Assembly: GCA_052143835.1 (NCBI GenBank)
Contig: JBKQRV010000067.1
Span: 1,461 to 65,460 of the forward strand
Length of the DNA stretch: 64,000 nucleotides
Origin: Alphaproteobacteria bacterium
Lineage (GTDB): Bacteria > Pseudomonadota > Alphaproteobacteria > JACZXZ01
Direction of reading: 5' to 3'
Shown here: in pieces, positions 28,938-35,891 of the stretch
Layout: each line of letters starts with the position of its first letter
Numbering within the stretch: the first letter of the stretch is position 1
Made by a program: the position numbers and the translations under genes
Notes under the pieces: model-generated
Told to the model about the DNA's origin: nothing
Databases searched by the model: none
The model's input: only the letters and a program-made list of their open reading frames with translations

Positions 28938-29669
28938 TCAGCAGCCCAACTGGCCGGCGAGATCGTTGAAATCCTTGGCGACGAAGTCCCATGCCTGTGC
29001 GGGCTCGAGGTCCGGCTTGCCCGCCGGGCCGTATTCTTGGGGCCGCGGCACGAAGGCGGTCCCGAGCCCTGAGGTGCCGGCCGCCTTGAGGTCCGAGTTG
29101 TGCGCGGCGACCATGACGCATTCGGCCGGCGCGAGCCTGAGGAAGGCGACCGATTTGAGGTAGGCCTCGGGGCAGGGCTTGTAGTGGCGCGCGAGCTCGG
29201 CGCCGAGAATCATGTCCCATGGCAGCCCGCCCCATTTCGCGAGCTCGACCATGAGCGAGACGTTGCCGTTCGAGCAGGTGGCGATGATGTACTTGCGCTT
29301 GAGGCGCGCGAGCCCGTGGACGGCGTCCGGCCAGGGGTCGAGCCGGTGCCAGGCGCGGTTGAAGCGCTCGACGGCCGCTTCCGGGACGCCCTTCAGGCCG
29401 CGCTCGGCCAAGAGCCGGTCGAGGCTCATGCGATGGAGCTCGTCGAGCACGCGCCAAGCCATTTCGCCGCGTCTTACCTTCTCGAGCGTGGGCTGATAGA
29501 GGCCGCGCCAGGCATCGGCGAAGGCCGTCCAGTCGACGCCCTCGATGCCGTTCTCGCGCCCGAAAGCTGCGCCCTCGCGCGCGATGCTCGTGCGCCAATC
29601 GACCACGGTGCCGAACACGTCGAAGAGGAGCGCCCTGAGGCCGGCTCCGGCACTCGGCTGGCTGGGCAT
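28938..29669 (-). CDS. Haloacid dehalogenase type II (HAD superfamily)
   Basis: LLFDVFGTVVDW (DxxGT), SNGN, YKPCPEAY, VAAHNSDL. Confidence 0.85.
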   Translation of the reverse strand: MPSQPSAGAGLRALLFDVFGTVVDWRTSIAREGAAFGRENGIEGVDWTAFADAWRGLYQPTLEKVRRGEMAWRVLDELHRMSLDRLLAERGLKGVPEAAVERFNRAWHRLDPWPDAVHGLARLKRKYIIATCSNGNVSLMVELAKWGGLPWDMILGAELARHYKPCPEAYLKSVAFLRLAPAECVMVAAHNSDLKAAGTSGLGTAFVPRPQEYGPAGKPDLEPAQAWDFVAKDFNDLAGQLGC

Positions 29670-29682
29670 GGAGGTTCCCCGC

Positions 29683-30300
29683 TCAGGTCAAAATATGCAC
29701 GAGCACGCCGGCACCGAAGACGAGCATGATGACGCCGGCGGTCCGGTGAATCCAGTGCAGGTAGTCGTCCGAGACCGCGGCGCGGAAGAGATTGACGCCG
29801 CTCGTGAGAATGAGCCACCAGAAGGCCGAGCCGAGATAGACCCCGCCCGTCACCAGCGCTCCGCCCAAGAAGGTCTCCGTGCCCGTGGTGATGCCGATCG
29901 CGGCGAACACCGCCGTCAGCGAGAAGATGGTGATCGGATTGGTGATGGTGAGGAGGAAGGTGGTGACCGAATCATGGGCGAGGTCGCTCGCCTCGGCTTC
30001 TGCGCGCGGCGGGCGCCACCGGCTCAAGAGGGTATGGCAACCCATGACGAGGAGGAGGCTGCCGCCGGCGAGCTGGAACCAGTATTGCTCGCGCGCGAGG
30101 AACTCGGCGATGAAGCTGACGCCGAAGGCGGCGATCGCGCCGAACACCGCATCCGCGCACGCGGCCCCCAAGCCCGAGACCAGGCCGTAGAGCACGCCCT
30201 TGGTGAGCGAGCGTTGGATGCAGAGCACACCTACGGGACCGACCGGCGCGGCGATCGCGAATCCCACGGCAAGGCCCTTGATGAAGAGAAGCAGCTGCAT
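29683..30300 (-). CDS. LysE/RhtB-family amino-acid exporter
   Basis: 205 aa; FIKGLAVGFAIAAPVGPVGVLCIQRSL; six hydrophobic segments. Confidence 0.85.
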   Translation of the reverse strand: MQLLLFIKGLAVGFAIAAPVGPVGVLCIQRSLTKGVLYGLVSGLGAACADAVFGAIAAFGVSFIAEFLAREQYWFQLAGGSLLLVMGCHTLLSRWRPPRAEAEASDLAHDSVTTFLLTITNPITIFSLTAVFAAIGITTGTETFLGGALVTGGVYLGSAFWWLILTSGVNLFRAAVSDDYLHWIHRTAGVIMLVFGAGVLVHILT

Positions 30301-30425
30301 GAGGCCGATCGATCGAGGTGGAAATGCTGCCCGTCGGCCGAGGTGACGCAGAGGCGAGCCGCGACTAAGGAATCATCCCCGTTCCGCGGAATGCTGCGTG
30401 CCTCCCGTCGGCCGTAACAGCCCCT

Positions 30426-31277
30426 TTAGCCTATCCTGGCGGCTTTGAACAGGCGCTTGGGTGCCCGCAATTCGTCCTGCGCCTCGACGAGGGCGAGCTC
30501 TCTGCTTCGCCTCCGCGCCGTCCTCGTCATCACCGCATGGAGTGCGGAGACGGCATGCTCGAGGGCCAAACGCGCGCTCCGCCGCTTGAGGTAATGGCCG
30601 AGAAAAAGCGCAGCAAAGCAGTCGCCGGCCCCATGTGCCTGCGAGCGTACGGCGGGGCATTCGACAACCCAGGCCGCCTTGGCCTCGACCGCCAGCGTTG
30701 CGACGAGAGCTCGCCCGCCTCTCCCGCCGCCGAGGCCTTTCACCACGATCAGACGAGGGCCGCGGGCAAGCAGGCCGCGCGCGGCGGCAAGGGCCGTGGC
30801 GATGCCGTCGATCTCGCGGCCGGCAAGCCAGCCGAGCTCGAAGGCGTTCGGCAAGAGCATGTCGGCGCGCGCGATGGCGCGGTCGCGGAAGAACTCCGGG
30901 ATGCCGGGGCGCACATAGAGGCCCTTGGCGCTGTCGCCCATGACCGGATCGCAGGCGAAAATTGCCTTCGCGTTCCCCACCTTCACGCGCGCGACGGCGC
31001 TCAAGAGGCTGGTACCGAGGGCGGCGTCGCCGAGATAGCCGCTCAAGACCGCAGCGCAGTGCTGGAAGGCCCCGCACTCGGCGAGCCCGTCGAGCAGCGC
31101 CGCGATTTCCGCGGGGGCCGCGACACTGCCGTGCCAGCGGCCGTAGCCTGGATGGTGGGCGAGCCGCACGGTGTCGATCGGCCACACCTCATGGCCGAGG
31201 CGCTCGAGTGCGAGCCGCGCCGCGCTGTTGCCGACGTGGCCGAAGACGACCGAGGACTGGATGGAGAGCACGTTCAT
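30426..31277 (-). CDS. pdxY: Pyridoxal/pyridoxamine kinase
   Basis: MNVLSIQSSVVFGHVGNSAA, CDPVMGD, GAGDCFAALFLGHYL. Only the 3' 283 codons of track ORF 30426..32438 look real. Confidence 0.9.
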   Translation of the reverse strand: MNVLSIQSSVVFGHVGNSAARLALERLGHEVWPIDTVRLAHHPGYGRWHGSVAAPAEIAALLDGLAECGAFQHCAAVLSGYLGDAALGTSLLSAVARVKVGNAKAIFACDPVMGDSAKGLYVRPGIPEFFRDRAIARADMLLPNAFELGWLAGREIDGIATALAAARGLLARGPRLIVVKGLGGGRGGRALVATLAVEAKAAWVVECPAVRSQAHGAGDCFAALFLGHYLKRRSARLALEHAVSALHAVMTRTARRRSRELALVEAQDELRAPKRLFKAARIG

Positions 31278-31436
31278 AGCGGACGCCGGTCGAGGGGAGT
31301 GCTTTTGCGCCCGAGCTTGCCACGCCGGCGCACGCGCGCGCCAGCTTCTTGCAACAAAGTATCGATCCTTGTTAGGGTCGCGCGAGGCGCCGAGGCAGCG
31401 GCGCACGATCACCGCACGTGTCGAGAGAGATGGAGC

Positions 31437-32321
31437 ATGAGCCAGAGTGCTAAGCCCCGGCGCAGCGTGCTGTACATGCCGGGCTCGAACGCGCGCGCGC
31501 TCGAGAAGGCGCGCACGCTGGCCGCGGACGCGCTCATCCTCGACCTCGAGGACGCGGTCGCCCCCGACGCCAAGGCCTCGGCGCGCGCCGGGATTGCCGC
31601 CGCCCTCGCGGCCGGCGGCTATGGCGGGCGTGAGCTCATCGTGCGCGTGAACGCACTCGATACGCCCTGGGGCTCGGACGACGTCGCCATGGTCGCGCGC
31701 AGCCCCGCCCACGCCATCCTCCTGCCCAAGGTCGAGCGCAGGGTCCAGGTCCAGGAGGTCGAGAAGCGCCTCGAGGCCGCGGGTGCCGCGAGCTCGCTCG
31801 CGATCTGGTGCATGATGGAGACCCCGCTCGGCATGCTCCATGCCGAGGAGATCGCTTCGTCCTCCGCCCGCGTCGGCTGCCTGGTCATGGGCACCTCCGA
31901 TCTCGCCAAGGACCTCCATGCCGCGCACACGCGCGAGCGCCTGCCCCTGCTGACGAGCCTCGGCCTCTGCCTGCTCGCCGCGCGTGCCTTCCGCTTGGCC
32001 ATCCTCGACGGCGTGCATCTCGATCTCGCCGACGACGAGGGCTTTGCCGCGAGCTGCCGGCAGGGGAAGGAGCTCGGCTTCGACGGCAAGACCCTCATCC
32101 ATCCGAAGACGATCGCCGCGGCGAACGAGATCTTCGCGCCCTCGCCCGCGGAGGTCGCCTGGTCGCGCCGCATCATCGCGGCTCACGGCGAGGCGGGGAA
32201 GGGCGTGGTCGTGGTCGACGGCAAGCTGATCGAGAGCCTGCACGTCGAGAGTGCTGCGCGGCTCGTCGCCTTGGCGGACGCGATCCAGGCGCTCGAGGCG
32301 TCCGCCGCGGCCGCGGATTAG
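31437..32321 (+). CDS. HpcH/HpaI aldolase / CitE-like CoA-ester lyase (malyl-/citramalyl-CoA lyase family)
   Basis: RRSVLYMPGSNARALEKARTLAADALILDLEDAV, LIVRVNALDTPWG, KTLIHPKTI. Confidence 0.85.
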   Translation: MSQSAKPRRSVLYMPGSNARALEKARTLAADALILDLEDAVAPDAKASARAGIAAALAAGGYGGRELIVRVNALDTPWGSDDVAMVARSPAHAILLPKVERRVQVQEVEKRLEAAGAASSLAIWCMMETPLGMLHAEEIASSSARVGCLVMGTSDLAKDLHAAHTRERLPLLTSLGLCLLAARAFRLAILDGVHLDLADDEGFAASCRQGKELGFDGKTLIHPKTIAAANEIFAPSPAEVAWSRRIIAAHGEAGKGVVVVDGKLIESLHVESAARLVALADAIQALEASAAAAD

Positions 32322-32332
32322 GGAGCCGCGCC

Positions 32333-33394
32333 ATGGCGGGGGCGAAGACCGCTGCCGGGAATTTCTTCGAGGACTTCCGCCTCGGCCAGGAGCTCGCGCA
32401 CGCGACGCCGCGCACGGTAGGTGCCGGCGATGCGGCACTCTATCTGGCGCTTACCGGCACGCGCTTCGCGCTCAACTCCTCGGACGAGTTCGCGCGTGGT
32501 TGCGGGCTGCCGTGCGCGCCGCTCGACGATCTGCTCGCCTTTCACATCATCTTCGGCAAGACCGTGCCCGACATCTCGCTTAACGCGATCGCCAATCTCG
32601 GCTATGCCGACTGCCGCTTCCTCGCCCCCGTCTATCCAGGCGACACGCTCCAGGCGAAGAGCCGCGTGATCGGGCTCAGGGAGAACGCCAACCGGCAAAG
32701 CGGCATCGTCTATGTGCGCTCGACGGGGACGAATGAGAGCGGCGAGACCGTGCTCGAGTACGTGCGCTGGGTCATGGTGCGCAAGCGCGACGAGGCGGCG
32801 CCGGCGCCGGCTGCCTCGGTGCCCACACTTGCCCGCGCGGTGCCGGCGACGGCACTCGCGCTGCCGGCGGGCTTAGCACTCGAGCGCTACGACTTCGCGC
32901 TCGCCGGCTCGCCCTTCGCCTGGGAGGACTATGCGCCGGGCGAGCGCATCGATCACGTCGACGGCGTCACCATCGAGGAGGCCGAGCACATGATGGCGAC
33001 GCGGCTCTACCAGAACACGGCGCGGGTCCACTTCAACCAGCAGGCCCAAGCGGCCGACCGCTTCGGCCGCCGCCTCGTCTACGGCGGACACATCATGAGC
33101 CTCGCGCGCGCGGCGAGCTTCAACGGCCTCGCCAACGCGGTCAAGATCGCCGCCATCAACGGCGGCCGTCACCTTGCCCCGAGCTTCGCCGGCGACACGA
33201 TCTATGCCTGGAGCGAGGTGCTCGAGCGCTGGGAGATCGCAGGCCGGCGCGATCTCGGCGCGCTGCGCCTGCGCACGCTCGCGACCAAGGAGCGGCGCGC
33301 CGGCGATTTTCCCGACAAGGACGCGCAAGGGAAGTTCGACCCCGCGGTCGTGCTCGAGCTCGACTACACGGTGCTGCTCCCGCGGCGCGGCTGA
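32333..33394 (+). CDS. MaoC-family (double hot-dog) enoyl-CoA hydratase/dehydratase
   Basis: 353 aa; FEDFRLGQEL, NLGYADCRFLAPVYPGDTL, second hot-dog YGGHIMSLA..GGRHLAPSFAGDT. Confidence 0.85.
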   Translation: MAGAKTAAGNFFEDFRLGQELAHATPRTVGAGDAALYLALTGTRFALNSSDEFARGCGLPCAPLDDLLAFHIIFGKTVPDISLNAIANLGYADCRFLAPVYPGDTLQAKSRVIGLRENANRQSGIVYVRSTGTNESGETVLEYVRWVMVRKRDEAAPAPAASVPTLARAVPATALALPAGLALERYDFALAGSPFAWEDYAPGERIDHVDGVTIEEAEHMMATRLYQNTARVHFNQQAQAADRFGRRLVYGGHIMSLARAASFNGLANAVKIAAINGGRHLAPSFAGDTIYAWSEVLERWEIAGRRDLGALRLRTLATKERRAGDFPDKDAQGKFDPAVVLELDYTVLLPRRG

Positions 33395-33408
33395 CGGCCG
33401 CAAAGGCT

Positions 33409-33620
33409 TTCACCACGGAGAACACGGAGGTCACGGAGAAGAGGAGGGAGACTTCGTGTCCTCGTTCTTAAATTCACGACATCAGGAAAACACTCGTCAT
33501 TGCGAGGCGCCCGAAGGGCGCCGAAGCAATCCATATGGGGTTTCGCACCAGACGCGCTGGATTGCTTCGCTGCGCTCGCAATGACGGCTACCTGCAGGCG
33601 AGACAGACCCGTGGTGAAAC
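33409..33620. repeat. Family B element (copy B2) split by a nested Family C insertion
   Basis: Left terminus TCACCACGGAGAACACGGAGGTCACGGAG (33409-33437) and right terminus CCCGTGGTGAAACC (33607-33620) match the B1/B3 termini. C2 sits between them. Confidence 0.7.
33496..33585. repeat. Family C inverted-repeat element, copy C2 (inverted relative to C1)
   Basis: GTCATTGCGAGGCGCCCGAAGGGCGCCGAAGCAATCC...GGATTGCTTCGCTGCGCTCGCAATGAC. Confidence 0.85.
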
Positions 33621-33645
33621 CTTCTGCAGCCGCTCGCCTCGGCTT

Positions 33646-33678
33646 CAAAACGAAACGCCGCGGAGGCGCATCCGCGGC
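33646..33678 (-). terminator. Candidate rho-independent terminator (minus strand)
   Basis: Minus strand reads GCCGCGGA-tgcgcc-TCCGCGGC followed by GTTTCGTTTTG. Confidence 0.45.
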
Positions 33679-33696
33679 GCTCGGAGGCGAAGCCCT

Positions 33697-33768
33697 AAAA
33701 TAAAGTGAGGCGTCAGGAGCGTAAGCGAGAACCCACGCTACGTGTCCGGGCGGGACACTCCTGACGCC
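33697..33768 (-). terminator. Y-shaped hairpin element copy T1 plus T-tract, candidate 3' end of module 1
   Basis: 11-bp outer stem GGCGTCAGGAG/CTCCTGACGCC enclosing two inner hairpins (one is TGTCC-gggcg-GGACA). On the minus strand it is followed by TCACTTTATTTT. Confidence 0.4.
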
Positions 33769-34310
33769 TCTGGAGCCGAAGCCCCATGGCTCGTGAGAGC
33801 GACCCGGCTTCCGGCCGTCTCCCTCCTCGGCAACGCCCCCGTGAAGGGACGCCCCGCCGGAGCGAGGAGCCGTACCCCCCTCGCGGGGGATCGCCAGCGA
33901 AAAGCCCACTCGTCGGCCGCGTCCGGTTCCTCCTGTCGCGTCCCTCCTCCCTTGCGGGAGAATTTTCGCGCCTAGGACCGCAAGGCCCCGAAAGGTCTCG
34001 CGGCCCCCCGTGACGGCCCCGATGGCCCGAAGGCCGCCGACGCCGATCCGGGAAAAGAGCCGGCCAACCGGGAGTTTGACCTCCCGCCTGGGGGCGGTGC
34101 TCCGAAGAGTTCCGTCCTCAAGGCCGGGTAGTGCCGCCCCGAAGGGCCGCATCGCCCCGAAGCTTTCGTCCTCTTGCCCGCCGCCCGAAGTCCCGAAGGG
34201 CCTCGGATGGTTCCGCTTGGGCTTACTCGCTTCGACACTCTCTCGTGCCGTCTAAAGCCTATCTCTTTCAAAGGCACGTTCAATGAAAAAGCGGCTTTCC
34301 TTTGAAAATA
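33769..34310 (-). ncRNA. Candidate large structured RNA, module 1 body (unclassified; transcription not shown)
   Basis: No credible ORF. On the minus strand there are 7 CUUCGG in 423 nt and GNRA-capped stems at 33947-33960 (GCAA) and 33876-33889 (GCGA). Further stems at 34024-34035, 34136-34147, 34069-34086 and 34266-34307. Confidence 0.3.
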
Positions 34311-34333
34311 TCTGTGCGTAGATTTGTCAATTG

Positions 34334-34376
34334 CACACAAGGCTTCCACAAATTCTCCACATGTTTATCCACAAAG
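34334..34376. promoter_or_regulatory. Conserved head block P1 with perfect DnaA-box 9-mer TTATCCACA (34365-34373) and one-mismatch box TTCTCCACA (34353-34361)
   Basis: Ungapped alignment to 35219-35259 gives 30/41 identities, including a 12/12 block TTATCCACAAAG. Confidence 0.5.
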
Positions 34377-34424
34377 ACTATTCAGGCAGTCGAGGCCTCA
34401 AAATTCAACGTCTTGTTATTCAGG

Positions 34425-34640
34425 CACTTACGCTGCGCGTCCGCGCGGGCGAGACACTCCGACGCCCCCAAATCTTTCGCCTGAAATGAAGGCGGCGCCG
34501 GGAGCGTAAGCTGCACTTACGCTGCGTGTCCGGGCGGGAGGGTCCCGATGCCCCAAATCTTTCGCCTAATAAGAAGGCGGCGTCGGGAGCGTAAGCTGCA
34601 CTTACGCTGCGTGTCCGGGCGGGACACTCCCGACGCCGCC
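34425..34640. repeat. Tandem array (period 85-89 bp, ~2.5 units) of the Y-shaped hairpin element (T2c partial, T2b, T2a)
   Basis: CACTTACGCTGCG starts at 34425, 34514 and 34599. T2a 34579-34637 has intact arms GGCGTCGGGAG/CTCCCGACGCC; T2b 34494-34552 is degenerate. Confidence 0.85.
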
Positions 34641-35160
34641 GGGGCCTGGGCGGACCCCGTGCTGAAAGGCCTGCGGCCGCACCGCCGTCGACGCGCGCGC
34701 GCCTCAGGGAGAAGCGCGAGCAGCGGCGAAGCTTGAGGGCCGGGCCTGCCCTGGGCGGAGCAGAACCCGAGCCCGCGGCACGTCACCGTCACGCGAACCG
34801 CTCCCGACGGGAACTCGCGCTCGCGCGCGCGCCCCGTCCAAGCGAAGGAAACCGAGACTCCCGGGCGAGGAGGCGGCCCCCCTAGCCGCCCGCCCCCCGG
34901 CATGCCCTTGGGGCGCCGTGGGGCCGGCGTCAGATCCTCGTTCCGGCACGTCGGCACCCTCTTTTGCCTGGGACCGAGCCTTGCGGATCGGCCCACGCGA
35001 GAGGCTGCCCCGCTTTCTTGCGAAAGCGTCGCCGCGTCCGCTGCGGAACCGCGGTCCCACCCCCGAGGCCGCACGAAGGCGGTTCGCTCAAGGTTCTAAG
35101 ATCGGGCTCCGCTGCGGTGACCTCAGCACCGCCAAGTATAGTGCAGAGCGCGTTGTCGGG
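34641..35160 (-). ncRNA. Candidate structured RNA, module 2 body (unclassified; weaker case than module 1)
   Basis: No credible ORF. Minus-strand CGCUUUC-GCAA-GAAAGCG hairpin (35011-35028) and (GC)n runs at 34690-34703 and 34817-34834. No sequence similarity to module 1 body seen by eye. Confidence 0.2.
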
Positions 35161-35195
35161 CGGCAACGAGAAAAACAAATAATGGTCAAAAATCT

Positions 35196-35259
35196 TGTGA
35201 ATAAATCCAGACTTTCCTCACAGGTCCGCAACAAGTTTTCCACTGTCTTATCCACAAAG
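35196..35259. promoter_or_regulatory. Conserved head block P2 with perfect DnaA-box TTATCCACA (35248-35256), inverted one-mismatch box (35196-35204) and adjacent ~74% A+T stretch
   Basis: TGTGAATAA at 35196-35204 is the complement of TTATTCACA. GAAAAACAAATAATGGTCAAAAATCTTGTGAATAAATCC (35170-35208) is the most AT-rich run in this region. Confidence 0.5.
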
Positions 35260-35371
35260 GGCTCAGTTTCGGCAGGCGCGCCGCAGCCAAGGCCCTTGCT
35301 TGTCTTGGATTTGTGCGGGGGAACTTCGGTTGGCGCGTGGCCGCCATGCGCTTTTGCTGCGGCGCGGAAGA

Positions 35372-35400
35372 TTGACTTAGGCGGTGCGGCGGCCTAGAAA
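35372..35400 (+). promoter_or_regulatory. Candidate sigma70-type promoter for sdhCDAB
   Basis: TTGACT (35372-35377), 17-nt spacer, TAGAAA (35395-35400), ~93 nt upstream of the sdhC ATG. Motif match only. Confidence 0.3.
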
Positions 35401-35492
35401 GCTTTCGGACGATCTAGCGGGCGTCCCCTCGCCCGCACGCGACCGGGCGCATCCGTGCTCGGCTCGCCGACCATGCCCATGTAGGCGCGCTC

Positions 35493-35891
35493 ATGACCGC
35501 TCGGAACAGGCCGCTCTCCCCTCATTTGCAGATCTACCGGCCGCAGCTGACCTCGCTGCTCTCGATCACCCATAGGGCGACCGGCATCGCCCTCGTGGCG
35601 GGCGCCTTCCTCCTCGTCTGGTGGATCGCCGCCCTCGTGCGCGGCCCGGCCTCCTTTGCGCTCTTCCAGCACTTCATCGCCTCGTTCCTCGGCCGGCTCC
35701 TTCTCTTCGGCTGGACGTGGGCGCTTTTCTACCATTTGGCCAACGGCATTCGCCATCTCTCGTGGGACGCCGGCTGGGGCTACGAGCTCGAGAGCACCTA
35801 CGCGAGCGGCTGGTTCGTGGTCGCCGCCTCGACGGTCTTGACGCTCGTCGCCTGGTCGATCGGCTACGTCATGCTGGGAGGGCACGGATGA
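35493..35891 (+). CDS. sdhC: Succinate dehydrogenase cytochrome b556 subunit
   Basis: RPLSPHLQIYRPQLTSLLSITHRATG. Confidence 0.95.
   Translation: MTARNRPLSPHLQIYRPQLTSLLSITHRATGIALVAGAFLLVWWIAALVRGPASFALFQHFIASFLGRLLLFGWTWALFYHLANGIRHLSWDAGWGYELESTYASGWFVVAASTVLTLVAWSIGYVMLGGHG

Noticed and set aside
31278-32438. The 5' two-thirds of the 670-aa minus-strand ORF 30426..32438, read as part of pdxY
   Set aside because: The pyridoxal kinase sequence begins at MNVLSIQSS (31277). The upstream part is antisense to the CitE-like gene and has shadow-ORF composition.
34425-34640. CRISPR array
   Set aside because: Almost the whole 85-89-bp unit is repeated, so there are no unique spacers. There are only 2.5 units and no cas genes in the window.
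35205-35218. RNase P RNA, suggested by the minus-strand GAGGAAAGTCTGG resembling the conserved GAGGAAAGTCCGG
   Set aside because: The following sequence is AT-rich (ATTTATTCAC) instead of GGCTCC.... The other universal block (ACAGAACCCGGCTTA-like) is not present on the same strand. The closest look-alike (GCAGAACCCGAGCCC, 34759-34773) is on the opposite strand.
34334-35259. Chromosomal origin of replication (oriC), suggested by DnaA boxes plus an AT-rich stretch
   Set aside because: Highly expressed genes on both sides are on the plus strand: ffh-rpsP-rplS-leu to the left, and sdh, mdh-suc to the right. There is therefore no strand-bias switch at this locus. Only 2-3 good boxes occur per head, and the boxes sit in a duplicated module. 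An accessory or relic origin, or a regulatory role, remains possible; the main oriC does not look likely. A whole-genome GC-skew plot would settle this.
33364-35397. Track ORFs inside the non-coding interval (e.g. 33364..34152 -, 33972..34349 -, 34517..35074 -, 34918..35397 +)
   Set aside because: Their products are Arg/Gly/Pro/Ser-rich low-complexity strings. They read straight through recognised repeats (VIASAAKQS-type Family C translation), overlap each other in several frames, and lack RBS and protein-like motifs.
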